Source of the DNA: Bacillota bacterium
Lineage (GTDB): Bacteria; Bacillota; JAAYKD01
Direction: 5' to 3'
Assembly: GCA_963666425.2 (NCBI GenBank)
Contig: OY762825.2
Location: 1,280,001-1,344,000, forward strand
Length of the DNA stretch: 64,000 bases
The notes beneath the pieces are model-generated. The model was not told where the DNA came from and ran no database searches. It saw only the letters and a list, made by a program, of their open reading frames with translations. The position numbers and the translations under genes were made by a program. Of this stretch, positions 41,400-51,798 are shown piece after piece; position 1 is the first letter of the stretch; each line of letters opens with the position of its first letter.

Positions 41400-43001
41400 T
41401 TACCAACCAGCAATGGTGCCGTCGGTTCTGGGTTCCGTGCCGCCGCAGAGGGCGCCGTTCGGCATACGCCAGATGATCTCACCGCGGCCAAAACCGCCGC
41501 TGGCCACTTTGGGAATAATCAGATGGCCGCGGTTTTGCAGTTCCTGCTGCACATACAGCGGCACGCTCTGTTCCACTTCAATATTCTTTTCTCCCGTCCA
41601 TTGGAAACGCGGCGCATCCAGCGCGTCCTGCGGATTCATGGCAAAATCGATCGTGTTGACCATCACCTGTAAATGGCCTTGCGGCTGCATGAAGCCACCC
41701 ATGACGCCGAAGGGACCCACCGGCTGACCGTCTTTCATCAAAAATCCGGGGATAATCGTATTGTAAGGCCGCTTGCCCGGCGCATAGACATTGTCATGGC
41801 TGGGATCCAATGAGAAATTATTGCCGCGATTGTTTAGAGAAATCCCGGTATGGGGAACGACCACCCCGGAACCGAAGCCGGCGTAGTTGGATTGGATATA
41901 GGAAATCATATTGCCTTCATTATCGGCGGCGCAGAGGTAAATCGTTCCTCCCGAACGCGGATCGCCGGCGATTGGCAGCAATGCTTTTTCACCGATCAAG
42001 GCGCGGCGGCTGGCGGCATATTCTTCCGAGAGCAATTGTTCAACGCTGACGGTCATATGCTGCGGGTCGGTCACATATTTTTTGGCATCGGCAAAGGCTA
42101 ATTTAAGCGCTTCCATCATCAGATGATAGGTCTCTGGATTCTCCCGGTCTGCCAAAGAAAATCCCTTTAAGATATTCAGCGCCATCAAAGCGGTGATGCC
42201 CTGACCATTCGGCGGAATCTCGCAAACATCATAACCGCGGTAATTGATACTGATCGGCTCCACCCATTGCGGTTGATACTGACCCAGATCCTCCAGAGAG
42301 ATTTTTCCGCCGGTCTCCCGCGCAAAGGCGACGATTTTTTCGGCCAAAGCGCCGCGGTAAAAGGATTCCGCATTGGTTTCGCCAATTTCAGTCAGCGTGC
42401 GGGCATGATCCTGTAAATAGGCAATGTCGCCGGGACCGTACGGTTTGCCATTCGGTGCGAAGGTAGAAAACCAACCTTCATGCTGCGGTCCCTGCAGGTT
42501 TTTTAAAAACACTTGATAAGCGCTCTGCCAGGCTCTGCCTGTGGTAGGCGCCACGGCGTAGCCTTGCGAGGCATAACGGACGGCCGGTTTGACGATCTGG
42601 CTTAAGGGTAATTTACCGAAACGTTTGGCCAGCGCGGCCCAGGCAGCCGGAGCAGCCGGTACATCCACCGCCGGCCAACCGTATTTGGGCATTTCGCTGA
42701 AATTGGCTTTTAGCTCCGCCAGGGTCTGTTTCATCACCGACGGACCGCTGGCATTCAGCCCATATAACTTGCCTTTGCTCCAAAGAATGGCAAAGACATC
42801 CGAACCAATGCCGTTGGAGCACGGTTCACAGACAGTTTCGGTCGTAGCTGCCGCCAAGGCAGCGTCAATGGCATTGCCGCCCTGCATTAATACCTCTAAA
42901 CCAGCCTGCGCCGCCTGCGGTGTAGAACAAGCGACCATGCCATTCTTGGCGTAAACCACTTGACGCCGCGACGGATAATGGTATAACATAGGATCCATCA
43001 T
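41400..43001 (-). CDS. ggt: Gamma-glutamyltransferase family (YwrD-like, cytoplasmic)
   Basis: GGNAIDAA, PPNGQG, catalytic Thr in GGTIYL, QSNYAGFGSG, GVMGGFMQPQGH. Confidence 0.9.
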   Translation of the reverse strand: MMDPMLYHYPSRRQVVYAKNGMVACSTPQAAQAGLEVLMQGGNAIDAALAAATTETVCEPCSNGIGSDVFAILWSKGKLYGLNASGPSVMKQTLAELKANFSEMPKYGWPAVDVPAAPAAWAALAKRFGKLPLSQIVKPAVRYASQGYAVAPTTGRAWQSAYQVFLKNLQGPQHEGWFSTFAPNGKPYGPGDIAYLQDHARTLTEIGETNAESFYRGALAEKIVAFARETGGKISLEDLGQYQPQWVEPISINYRGYDVCEIPPNGQGITALMALNILKGFSLADRENPETYHLMMEALKLAFADAKKYVTDPQHMTVSVEQLLSEEYAASRRALIGEKALLPIAGDPRSGGTIYLCAADNEGNMISYIQSNYAGFGSGVVVPHTGISLNNRGNNFSLDPSHDNVYAPGKRPYNTIIPGFLMKDGQPVGPFGVMGGFMQPQGHLQVMVNTIDFAMNPQDALDAPRFQWTGEKNIEVEQSVPLYVQQELQNRGHLIIPKVASGGFGRGEIIWRMPNGALCGGTEPRTDGTIAGW

Positions 43002-43218
43002 AATCCACGCTCCTTTTAAAGATTCTCCAGCAGGGGGATCCCCTTTCTGTTTGCTGAAATATTTCGGCATGCAAAGGAATTTACCTGCTGACCGCGAAAA
43101 TAATTATTGACGTCGGCTTTTCCTGCCGCAAAACCTGAACCGAACGCTTTCGCCAACAGCAGCGCTTTTACTGGCGCTGCCGAGCGAAACCTGCTCAAAG
43201 AAAAGGAGAGATAATCGT

Positions 43219-43707
43219 ATGATCTACCAAACCAGCCTAGCCACACCCGTTGGTGATTTAGTGATTCAAAGCAACGAAACTGCTATTGTCAGTGTTTCTT
43301 TCGAGTCAGAAGCATCCACCGCTCTCTTTCCGGCTGCTGTGCTGGTCAGCGAACAGACCATGCCGGCCGTCCTGCAGCAAGCAGTCAAAGAATTGCAGGA
43401 ATATTTTCAGGGTACTCGCAAGGAATTCAGCGTGCCGCTGTCAATGGCGGGCACAGAATTTCAGATGAAAGCCTGGCAAGCGCTGCAGGCCATCCCTTAT
43501 GGTGAGGTGCGTTCCTACCAGCAGCAAGCGGAAACCATCGGCAACCGCAAAGCAACCCGGGCCATCGGCGGCGCCAATCATCATAATCGGATCAGCATCA
43601 TCGTACCCTGCCACAGAGTAATCGGCAAAAACAAGAAGCTGGTCGGCTTTGGCGGCGGCCTTGAGCGGAAACAATGGTTATTGGATCATGAATTGAAGTG
43701 GAAATAG
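43219..43707 (+). CDS. ogt: Methylated-DNA--protein-cysteine methyltransferase
   Basis: GTEFQ, IPYGE, RAIG, PCHRV active site. Confidence 0.94.
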   Translation: MIYQTSLATPVGDLVIQSNETAIVSVSFESEASTALFPAAVLVSEQTMPAVLQQAVKELQEYFQGTRKEFSVPLSMAGTEFQMKAWQALQAIPYGEVRSYQQQAETIGNRKATRAIGGANHHNRISIIVPCHRVIGKNKKLVGFGGGLERKQWLLDHELKWK

Positions 43708-43714
43708 ACTGATC

Positions 43715-43751
43715 AAAAAGCGAGAAGACGAAAACCGTCCTCTCGCTTTTT
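43715..43751. terminator. Bidirectional intrinsic terminator
   Basis: AAAAAGCGAG..GACG...CGTC.CTCGCTTTTT between convergent genes. Confidence 0.75.
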
Positions 43752-43752
43752 C

Positions 43753-45021
43753 TTATGCATTTGCTTTTGCTTTTTCTGCTTTCAGCCTGCGCTCGTTGGC
43801 TTGATACAATTCCTCGGTTGCCAGGGCAATCTTGGTTAAGGAGAAATGGCAGTTTTCCGGATAAACATAAAAAGTGTCATCACTGGTATTGAGATCCACA
43901 CAATCACCGAATTTCCCGAGATACTCATATTCAATATGCACCGAATAGGTCGTATTGACCGGCTGCTCAATCAGGTAATGTTCGCCTTCATAAACACCTT
44001 CCAAACGAAAGCCGTTCATATTATGCGTAAAGGTCGCCTGACCGAGCGGGATAAACCGTTTGGCATTCGGCAGGGAATTGACATGGGCCTGGGCGGAGAA
44101 AGCATAGGTCCCGTTCTCCACTTCCCTGCGCACCTGCAGTCGTTCCCACTCATACCAGTCGGGAATATGGGAAAACTCCGTCTCGCCTTGATCGGCCTGC
44201 AGCTCACCGAGTTCAGACATCGTCCAGCTCTTTTGGCAGGCTTCACACCAGATCTTCGTCCCTTTGCCGATCATCTGATATTCTTTACCGCAGTGCGGAC
44301 ATTGATAGAGCACCTTATGCAGATTGTGCGCCCGATTGGGGTCGCTGATGCGGATCCCTTTTGCTTTCTGCCAGGCAAATTCGTCGTAGACAAAAGCTTC
44401 CCGGATCATTCGGTTGATTTCATCTACCGAAAGCTGGTTGATTTCTTCCACCGATAAAATCTGCGTCATCTCGGCTTCCAGATTGCGAATGCCGCGGTCC
44501 CGCGGATCCCAAAACGGTTTTAATATATGATTGCCATGGATGAGCAGCGTCACCAGCGGGACCTGGAAAATTTTCACCATTTTACCCAGCGAATCCGGCA
44601 GTACTGCTGTCGTACCGCAGAGAGAGTAGCGTGCTTCCGGGTAAAGGATGACCGTGTGACCACCCAGGAGAATGCGGCGAAGCTGCCGCACCAAAACAAT
44701 ATCACTGGTGAATTTGCGTTTGCAGAGACAACCCGCCCAACGCATCAGCCATTCCCGGCCGATAAATCCATCGATCGCCACCACATTATTGCTGCGCTGA
44801 GGAAAGGTTGCGATGGTCGTGATTAGAAAATCATTAAAACTGTTGTGATTGACAAGCAAAAGGTAGGGAGACTTTAAACCTGCCATATTCGTTCTTTGGA
44901 CCTTTACTTTTTGCAGTTTGAAGAAGAAATAACTGAAACCCCAGGCAATCGGCTGTAAAAAGAACCGCATCGTCAGAGGGGGCTTCGCAAAGTCAAAACG
45001 CGGAAATTCAGATTGTTTCAT
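43753..45021 (-). CDS. PlsC-like acyltransferase with C-terminal zinc-ribbon extension
   Basis: NHNSFND (HxxxxD), YPEAR, CPHC...CEAC. Confidence 0.8.
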   Translation of the reverse strand: MKQSEFPRFDFAKPPLTMRFFLQPIAWGFSYFFFKLQKVKVQRTNMAGLKSPYLLLVNHNSFNDFLITTIATFPQRSNNVVAIDGFIGREWLMRWAGCLCKRKFTSDIVLVRQLRRILLGGHTVILYPEARYSLCGTTAVLPDSLGKMVKIFQVPLVTLLIHGNHILKPFWDPRDRGIRNLEAEMTQILSVEEINQLSVDEINRMIREAFVYDEFAWQKAKGIRISDPNRAHNLHKVLYQCPHCGKEYQMIGKGTKIWCEACQKSWTMSELGELQADQGETEFSHIPDWYEWERLQVRREVENGTYAFSAQAHVNSLPNAKRFIPLGQATFTHNMNGFRLEGVYEGEHYLIEQPVNTTYSVHIEYEYLGKFGDCVDLNTSDDTFYVYPENCHFSLTKIALATEELYQANERRLKAEKAKANA

Positions 45022-45100
45022 ATTATCTGTCCTGTCCTTTGAATTTTCTTTTATTATAACCTTTTTCCTCATTTCTGTCTACTGCAAATTTCCGGATCGC

Positions 45101-45685
45101 TCAGCGAATGTGGCGAATCATTGTTTTCAGCCGATCTGCCCTTTGCTGCCAGGTGCTGCGGCGTTCCGGAATCAGGCGAATACCAGCGCGGTGAGCCGCC
45201 GCTTCCACGGTTGCTTCGATGCTGAGCCGATCCGTCCAGAGCTTTTCTGCCGGATTCGACTGCAAAAAAGCACTCTGACAGCGGTCAATCTGCTGCCGGG
45301 CCCAGCTGTTCCTGCCTTCCAGGCGATTGTGCAAGCGTCTGACTAAAGTTTTTTTGCTTGCCATCAGAAGGATGACACGGATCTCGATCCCCTCTGCCCG
45401 CAAAGATCCGATGATCTCATCATAATATTGTGGGTTGACCAGAGTCATTGGTACAATAATCGTTTGCCCCGTCTGGCTCAGCCGGCGCAGCATCGCCAGA
45501 TTTATCTGCCGCCAAAGCGGATCGTCCTGAAAATCAGCCTGCCAAATGGTTTGCGGCAGATTCTTTCTGAGATAATAACCCGCATTTTCCGGATCAAAAA
45601 CAAAAGCACCAGGCAGCCGTCGCTGCAATTCAAAGGCAATGGTGGTCTTGCCGGAGCCAAAAGCTCCGTTCAGCCAAATGATCAT
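45101..45685 (-). CDS. P-loop NTPase, TmrB (tunicamycin-resistance)-like
   Basis: WLNGAFGSGKTT, FDPE, DFQD, IVPMT. Confidence 0.8.
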   Translation of the reverse strand: MIIWLNGAFGSGKTTIAFELQRRLPGAFVFDPENAGYYLRKNLPQTIWQADFQDDPLWRQINLAMLRRLSQTGQTIIVPMTLVNPQYYDEIIGSLRAEGIEIRVILLMASKKTLVRRLHNRLEGRNSWARQQIDRCQSAFLQSNPAEKLWTDRLSIEATVEAAAHRAGIRLIPERRSTWQQRADRLKTMIRHIR

Positions 45686-45804
45686 TTCATTTCACTCCCG
45701 CTGAAGTTCTCTCTTACTGCGCACTTGCAGTAAGAGCAGTTCTGTCCGCCGAAAACAAATGCAAGGGGCAGACCGAAGTCGGCCTGCCCCCTATCATGCT
45801 CTTC

Positions 45805-47412
45805 TTATTTGGTGTGGCGCAGAACCATGCCGGCTTTCGCACCGGTATGCACACCGTCGCGCACACTGAGCACCCCATTCACCCAAACCGCTGCGATGCC
45901 GGTGGCATATTGGCGGGGGTTGAGATAATCGGCGGGAGCGTCGATTGTATCCGGATCAAATAAAACCAGATCAGCCCGGTAACCCGGACGAATCAAGCCG
46001 CGGTCCTTCAACTGCAAACGTGCTGCTTGGGCGGAACTCAGCTTGCGGACGCCTTCTTCCAGGCTGAATAACTTTTTCTCGCGCACATATTTACCGAGGA
46101 TGCCGGCAAAACTGCCGAAGGCGCGCGGATGCGGCTTGCCGGGACCGGGTTCGCCGCCGACCGCACCGGTATCGGAGCCGACCATTTGCAAAGGATGGCA
46201 GAGAATGCGTTCCAAGTCCTCTTCGCCGATGGCAAAATAAACGATACTGACGCGCTCGCCCTGATTGCGGATGATCAGATCGCAGCAGGTATCCCAGGCA
46301 TCCTGCCCTTGCTCCGCTGCAATTTCGGCGATCATCTTACCTTCCAGGCTGGCATCCGGTGGAAAGCCGGTAATCATAATCTGATCCCAGCCTACCCCTT
46401 TATAGATACTGATCCAATCACCTAAACCCTGCTCATTGGTGATGTCCGCCAGCATCCGGGCTTTCTCAGCCGGATTTTGCAGACGTTCCACCATTTTGGC
46501 TTTGCCGCCGATCGAAGCCCAGGGCGGCAGGACAGTATCCAAACCGCAGGCAGCCGCCGTATAAGGATATTGATCGAAGGTCACATCGATACCCTCTTGA
46601 CGGGCAGCCTCAAGCAGCGCCAGAATTTCACGCGATTTACCCCACATATGCCGTCCCATCGCTTTCAGGTGAGAAAGCTGGACTTTGATCTTGGCACGGC
46701 GTCCGATGGCCAGGGCTTCCTGCACGGCTTCGATCACGGTATCATTTTCACCGCGCATATGGGTAAAATAGATGCCGTCATATTCGGCGGCAACTTTGGC
46801 CAGTTCCACAATTTCGTCGGTGGCGGCATAAATGCTGGGAGCATAAATCAAACCGGTGGAAATACCGGCCGACCCTTCCTGCATCGCTTGACGCACCAGC
46901 TGTTTCATCTCTTCCAGCTGCGCTGCATTTGCCGGACCCGCGTCATAATTCATCACGATTTGGCGCAGATTTCCCTGACCCAAAACAAAGACAACATTCT
47001 GACTGATCCCACGTTTCTCCAACTCCGCCAGATACTCGGCTGTACTGGTTCCCATGAAAGGCTCTGTCTCTGGCTGCAGGCGCAGCTGCATTTCCTTTTG
47101 CTGCAAAGCCATTGCTCTGCTGCGGGGGACAGCCGATCCGCCGCATTGCCCCAACACTTCGGTGGTAACCCCTTGCTGTATATGGGATTGACCGCGATAA
47201 TCGGCCAACAGCGTGCTATCAGAATGTGTATGAATGTCGATAAAACCGGGTGCCAGGGCTTTGCCTTGCGCATCGAGTACTTCCTTGGCATCAACACCGC
47301 TTAAATCGCCGATCTGCCGAATCAAGCCGTCTTTGACTGCCACATCAGCCGGATAGGAAGCGAAACCGGTTCCATCGATCACACGCGCATTGCGGATGAG
47401 TAAATCAAACAT
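45805..47412 (-). CDS. N-acyl-D-amino-acid deacylase (D-aminoacylase) family
   Basis: PGFIDIHTHSD, GQCG, STGLIY, HMR, SHLK, GSD, HPRAFGSF. Confidence 0.9.
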   Translation of the reverse strand: MFDLLIRNARVIDGTGFASYPADVAVKDGLIRQIGDLSGVDAKEVLDAQGKALAPGFIDIHTHSDSTLLADYRGQSHIQQGVTTEVLGQCGGSAVPRSRAMALQQKEMQLRLQPETEPFMGTSTAEYLAELEKRGISQNVVFVLGQGNLRQIVMNYDAGPANAAQLEEMKQLVRQAMQEGSAGISTGLIYAPSIYAATDEIVELAKVAAEYDGIYFTHMRGENDTVIEAVQEALAIGRRAKIKVQLSHLKAMGRHMWGKSREILALLEAARQEGIDVTFDQYPYTAAACGLDTVLPPWASIGGKAKMVERLQNPAEKARMLADITNEQGLGDWISIYKGVGWDQIMITGFPPDASLEGKMIAEIAAEQGQDAWDTCCDLIIRNQGERVSIVYFAIGEEDLERILCHPLQMVGSDTGAVGGEPGPGKPHPRAFGSFAGILGKYVREKKLFSLEEGVRKLSSAQAARLQLKDRGLIRPGYRADLVLFDPDTIDAPADYLNPRQYATGIAAVWVNGVLSVRDGVHTGAKAGMVLRHTK

Positions 47413-47427
47413 GAAGGCACCTCCCGC

Positions 47428-48609
47428 TTATTTTTTCAGGAAATCCAGTGCTGTTTGGCTCAAGACCGCCATCCCGATGGCGATACAATCTTCGTCAATG
47501 TTGAAATTCGGATGATGTCCCGGGAAGCTGCAATTTTTCTCGGCATTTTCCGCGCCCAAGCTGATCATCATACCGGGTGCCGCTTGTGCGAAATAGCAGA
47601 AATCTTCGCCGCCCATGGAGGGACGTTTCTTAATAATTACATTCTCTTTGCCTAAAACGTCAATGCAGGCGGCCTGTGCCAGATTGACCATGGCGGGATC
47701 ATTGATCACAGAAGGAATTCCTTCCGGAATATCGATTTCATAAGTGCAGCGATAAGCGGCGCAGACACCGGCAACAATGCGCTTGATCTGTCCGGGAACC
47801 GCATTTCTGACATTCGGCTCCAAAGTGCGAATCGTACCGGTCATTTCCACCCGGTCGGCGATCACATTGCCGCGATATCCACCCTGGATGGTGCCGATCG
47901 TAATCACGATGGAATCGAGCGGATCGACTTCCCGGCTGGCAATGCTCTGCAGAGCGGTGATTACTTGAGCAGCGGCGGCAATCGCATCGACTGACTTATG
48001 CGGATGCGCGCCATGACCGCCGCGGCCTTTGATCACGATCGTCAAGCCTTGGGTACCACCGGAAGAAGGGCCCGGCATCATGGCAACTTTACCGGTCGGC
48101 AGATCTTGGGTGCCAACATGCAGGGCGATTACGGCATCCACTTTGGGATTCTCCATGCAGCCCGCTTCGATCATCACTTTGGCGCCGCCGGGGCCTTCTT
48201 CAGCCGGCTGGAAAAACAGCTTTACTTTGCCCGGGATTTGCTCTTTCATTTCAGAAAGCAGAGTCGCTACGCCCATCAGCATCGCCGTATGACTGTCATG
48301 GCCGCAGGCATGCATCCTGCCGGGAATCTCTGAAACATAGTCTACCCCAGTCTGTTCGGTAATGGGCAGACAGTCCATGTCGGCACGAATGCCAATGCAC
48401 TGATCACCGGGCAAACCGCCCTCGATTAAGCCAACCACAGCGGTGGTTCCGATTCGGGTATAAGGGATTCCCAATTCATCCAGGTAACGCATCACCGTTG
48501 CCGAGGTTTCAAATTCTTCCCAACCCGGCTCCGGATGACGATGGAATTGACGGCGAAATCCGATAAATTTGTCTTGCATAGCTTTGGCACGCTGAAATAA
48601 CTCATTCAT
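47428..48609 (-). CDS. M20D amidohydrolase (N-acyl-L-amino acid hydrolase-like)
   Basis: HRHPE, RADMD, MHACGHD, FQPAEE, GGHGA, MGGEDF, HHP. Confidence 0.9.
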   Translation of the reverse strand: MNELFQRAKAMQDKFIGFRRQFHRHPEPGWEEFETSATVMRYLDELGIPYTRIGTTAVVGLIEGGLPGDQCIGIRADMDCLPITEQTGVDYVSEIPGRMHACGHDSHTAMLMGVATLLSEMKEQIPGKVKLFFQPAEEGPGGAKVMIEAGCMENPKVDAVIALHVGTQDLPTGKVAMMPGPSSGGTQGLTIVIKGRGGHGAHPHKSVDAIAAAAQVITALQSIASREVDPLDSIVITIGTIQGGYRGNVIADRVEMTGTIRTLEPNVRNAVPGQIKRIVAGVCAAYRCTYEIDIPEGIPSVINDPAMVNLAQAACIDVLGKENVIIKKRPSMGGEDFCYFAQAAPGMMISLGAENAEKNCSFPGHHPNFNIDEDCIAIGMAVLSQTALDFLKK

Positions 48610-48802
48610 AGCAGGCAGCCTCCTAAAAATTCTATTTTCTGCTGCTCTAGTTCGTGCCGCCGATATCGCTTTCCTTTTTCGGAATATTACATTTTCATAA
48701 TTTGCAGGTATCTCTTCTGTTCTTACAGAATTTTAAGAGAAGCAGCCGGTTTCTGCAGGGAGAGCAGAAACAAATAAAACTGCGTGATGGGAGTGACAGA
48801 AA

Positions 48803-49681
48803 ATGGCAATCAGCTTTCGGAACTATAAGCTTTTACAGGATTTTGAGCAAGTGAATCAATTCTTACGTGATGAATACAGTTACCCGGACAGCAGTCCTGT
48901 CACACAACCTTCTTTTGAATATGCGCATACCCACCCTGCCTTCAACCACCGTCTCGCCCATCGCTTTGGTCTCTGGGAGGATAAAGGTCAATTAGTGGCA
49001 CTGGTTTGCTTTGAAAGCGACATCGGGGAAGCTATGTTCAGCGTGAAACCGGCTTATGAACAATTATTGCCCGATTTATTGCAATATGCAGAACTGGAAT
49101 TAGCTGCCAGCAGTGAGGGAGAGCATGCTCTGGATATCTACCTGACCAGTCCACAGACCGCTCTGATCAATCTGCTGCAAGTCAGTGGTTATCAAAAGGT
49201 CTTCAGCGAGGCTGTGCGTGTCTTTTCCTTTCAGCACGATTTCCCGATGGTCAGTCTGCCGGAAGGTTACAAGGCTGTTTCGCTGGAAGAGGAAAATGAC
49301 CTTTATAAAATTGATGTCTGTATGTGGAAAGGCTTCAACCACCCCGGTGAACCGGATAGTGATTTGGACCGTCGGCGCATCATGCAAACCGCCCCTCACT
49401 TCCGGCCGGATTTAACCACGATCATCAAAGCGCCCAACGGTGACTATGCCTGTTATGCGGGTATGTGGCTGGAAGAACAAAACCGTTTCGCTTATCTGGA
49501 GCCTTTATGCACCGTTCCGATCTATCGCCGCATGGGTTTGGCAGCCTATGCCTTAGTCAATGCCATGCAAAAGGCGAGACGCCAAGGGGCAAAGTATTGC
49601 TACGGCGGATCTGCCAGTTTTTATAAATCAATTGGCTTCGAAGAGATTTGTCAAAGAGAAACCTGGAGAAGAAAATGGTAG
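48803..49681 (+). CDS. GNAT family N-acetyltransferase
   Basis: C-terminal LEPLCTVPIYRRMGLA, FYKSIGF. Confidence 0.82.
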   Translation: MAISFRNYKLLQDFEQVNQFLRDEYSYPDSSPVTQPSFEYAHTHPAFNHRLAHRFGLWEDKGQLVALVCFESDIGEAMFSVKPAYEQLLPDLLQYAELELAASSEGEHALDIYLTSPQTALINLLQVSGYQKVFSEAVRVFSFQHDFPMVSLPEGYKAVSLEEENDLYKIDVCMWKGFNHPGEPDSDLDRRRIMQTAPHFRPDLTTIIKAPNGDYACYAGMWLEEQNRFAYLEPLCTVPIYRRMGLAAYALVNAMQKARRQGAKYCYGGSASFYKSIGFEEICQRETWRRKW

Positions 49682-49739
49682 ATTCCATCTGAAATCTTGC
49701 AGCGCAGCCATTCAGTGCGACGAATGGCTGCGCTGCTGT

Positions 49740-49794
49740 TTTACTCATTCTTTACATTACATCGCTTTTGGATTTAACATCCTTATTATAAACT
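49740..49794 (+). promoter_or_regulatory. Pho-box promoter of pstS1
   Basis: TTTACT-N5-TTTACA-N17-TTAACA-N9-TAAACT; matches PhoP TT(A/T/C)ACA direct repeats. Confidence 0.75.
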
Positions 49795-49835
49795 CGAGTC
49801 AGCAAAAGAAAGTAAAACAAAGGAGATGGATAAAA

Positions 49836-50717
49836 ATGAAACGGAAATTTACCGGTTTACTGCTGCTGCTTTTGGTCTTGGCTCTGTTTGCTGGATGCAA
49901 TCAAACCCCGCAAAAAGCTGGATTTACAAACACGAAAGCAATTACTGTGATCACACGGGAAGAAGGTTCCGGCACCCGCGGCGCTTTTATTGAACTGATG
50001 GGTGTAGAACAAAAAAACGACAAAGGTGTCAAGGTGGATTATACCACGGAGGAAGCGGTTTCCACCAATAACACCTCCGTCATGCTGACGACCGTAGCCG
50101 GCAATCCCTATGCGATTGGTTATGTTTCCCTGGGTTCTCTGAACGACAGTGTAAAAGCGCTCGCGATTGACGGCACGCAAGCCAGCGTCGCGAACATCAA
50201 AAACAATACCTACAAAGTTGCTCGTCCTTTCCTGCTGGTCACTAAAGGTGAACTCGATGGACTCTCTCAGGATTTTGTCAATTTCATCCTCAGCGCCGAA
50301 GGTAAAGTTGTGATTGAAAAAGCTGGTTATATCGCGAGCGACGATACCAAAGCCTATAGCGGCGTCAAGCAAAGCGGCAAAATCGTCGTGGCCGGTTCCT
50401 CTTCCGTCACTCCCGTGATGGAGAAATTGAAGGAAGCTTACCTTGCCTTGCAGCCGAATGTGACAATTGAAATCCAGCAAAGCGATTCTACTACCGGTAT
50501 TACCAACACTGCCTCCGGAACCTGCCAGATTGGCATGTCTTCCCGCGAATTAAAAGAGAGCGAAACCGCCAAAGGTTTGACAGGAATCAGACTCGCCATG
50601 GACGGAATTGCGATCATCGTCAATAACGATAATCCCCTGACTGCTCTGACCAGTGCCCAAGTGAAGAATATCTTTACCGGTGCCACACTGGTTTGGAAAG
50701 ACGTCATCGTCCAATAA
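49836..50717 (+). CDS. pstS: Phosphate-binding lipoprotein, copy 1
   Basis: FAGC lipobox, REEGSGTR, GSSSV, GMSSR, AMDG; upstream of pstCAB. Confidence 0.92.
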   Translation: MKRKFTGLLLLLLVLALFAGCNQTPQKAGFTNTKAITVITREEGSGTRGAFIELMGVEQKNDKGVKVDYTTEEAVSTNNTSVMLTTVAGNPYAIGYVSLGSLNDSVKALAIDGTQASVANIKNNTYKVARPFLLVTKGELDGLSQDFVNFILSAEGKVVIEKAGYIASDDTKAYSGVKQSGKIVVAGSSSVTPVMEKLKEAYLALQPNVTIEIQQSDSTTGITNTASGTCQIGMSSRELKESETAKGLTGIRLAMDGIAIIVNNDNPLTALTSAQVKNIFTGATLVWKDVIVQ

Positions 50718-50845
50718 ACAAACATGCTGCTTTTGGCAGGGAATGACGCTGCCGATCCGGGACAGAAACGTTTCTGTGTTAATTCCGCCTCAACTGAATT
50801 AATTTTGTCGACAGCAAAGAAGCCTTTGGAGGGTTTCTTTGCTGT

Positions 50846-50900
50846 TTTACATAGATTTTACAAAAGCTGTCTTCTGTTTTTTACATTCTGTGGCTAAACT
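50846..50900 (+). promoter_or_regulatory. Pho-box promoter of pstS2-pstCAB
   Basis: TTTACA-N5-TTTACA-N17-TTTACA-N9-TAAACT. Confidence 0.8.
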
Positions 50901-50924
50901 TAAAATTAAAAAGGAGAATGTAAA

Positions 50925-51797
50925 ATGAAGAAAATAATCGTTTGGTTCAGTTTACTTAGCTGTCTGATCTTTTTGCTGAGCGGTTGTAATCTTAAGAATA
51001 CCGATCCATTCAGCCTGACTCATACCATCACCATTCTCAGTCGCGAAGAAGGTTCTGGTACCCACGGCGCTTTTATTGAATTATTCGGTGTAGAGAAGCT
51101 GAATCTACGCGGAGTCTATGTCGATTACACCACACCGGAAGCGGTGATCGTCGACAGCACTGCCGCCATGCTTGCCGCTGTAGCGGGGAATCCCCATGCG
51201 ATCGGCTATCTCTCGATTGGTTCGCTGGATGCGAGTGTGACGGCATTAAGCATCGACGGCAGTGCAGCCAGCAAAGAAAATATTCTCAGCGGCAGTTACC
51301 AATTCGCCCGGCCTTTCCAGCTTGTCACCGACAAGAACATTGATGGTCTGACCCAGGATTTTACTAATTTCATTCTTAGTTCTGAGGGAAAATCCATTCT
51401 CGAGTCCGCCGGTTATCTGGCAGCCGAAGGTACGGAATCTTACCCCGACACGAAACAGAGCGGTAAAATTGTGATTGCCGGTTCCTCCTCTATCAGTCCG
51501 GTGATGGAAAAACTGAAGAATGCTTATCTGGAACGGCAGCCCACCGTAAAAATCGAAATCCGGCAAAGCGATACGACTGCGGGAATTACCGCTGTCGCAG
51601 AAGGGACCGCTCAGCTTGGTATGTCTTCCAGAGCACTAAAAGAGAGCGAAATCAACCGTGGTCTCAAAGCAACTCCCTTTGCATTGGACGGAATCGCCGT
51701 GATCGTCAACAAACAAAATCCGGTGAAGAACCTGACAATGGCACAGGTCAGGGGTATTTATATCGGCGAGTCTTTACGATGGGGAGATGTGATTTAA
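50925..51797 (+). CDS. pstS: Phosphate-binding lipoprotein, copy 2
   Basis: LSGC lipobox, REEGSGTH, GSSSI; colinear paralogue of copy 1. Confidence 0.9.
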   Translation: MKKIIVWFSLLSCLIFLLSGCNLKNTDPFSLTHTITILSREEGSGTHGAFIELFGVEKLNLRGVYVDYTTPEAVIVDSTAAMLAAVAGNPHAIGYLSIGSLDASVTALSIDGSAASKENILSGSYQFARPFQLVTDKNIDGLTQDFTNFILSSEGKSILESAGYLAAEGTESYPDTKQSGKIVIAGSSSISPVMEKLKNAYLERQPTVKIEIRQSDTTAGITAVAEGTAQLGMSSRALKESEINRGLKATPFALDGIAVIVNKQNPVKNLTMAQVRGIYIGESLRWGDVI

Positions 51798-51798
51798 A

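Noticed and set aside
46477-47304. 275-aa antisense ORF over the D-aminoacylase
   Set aside because: Shadow ORF fully inside a well-supported gene.
49836-51797. Swapped domain order of PstS (SGT lobe before GSxS lobe) as a novelty
   Set aside because: The same permuted arrangement is known in streptococcal and clostridial PstS proteins.
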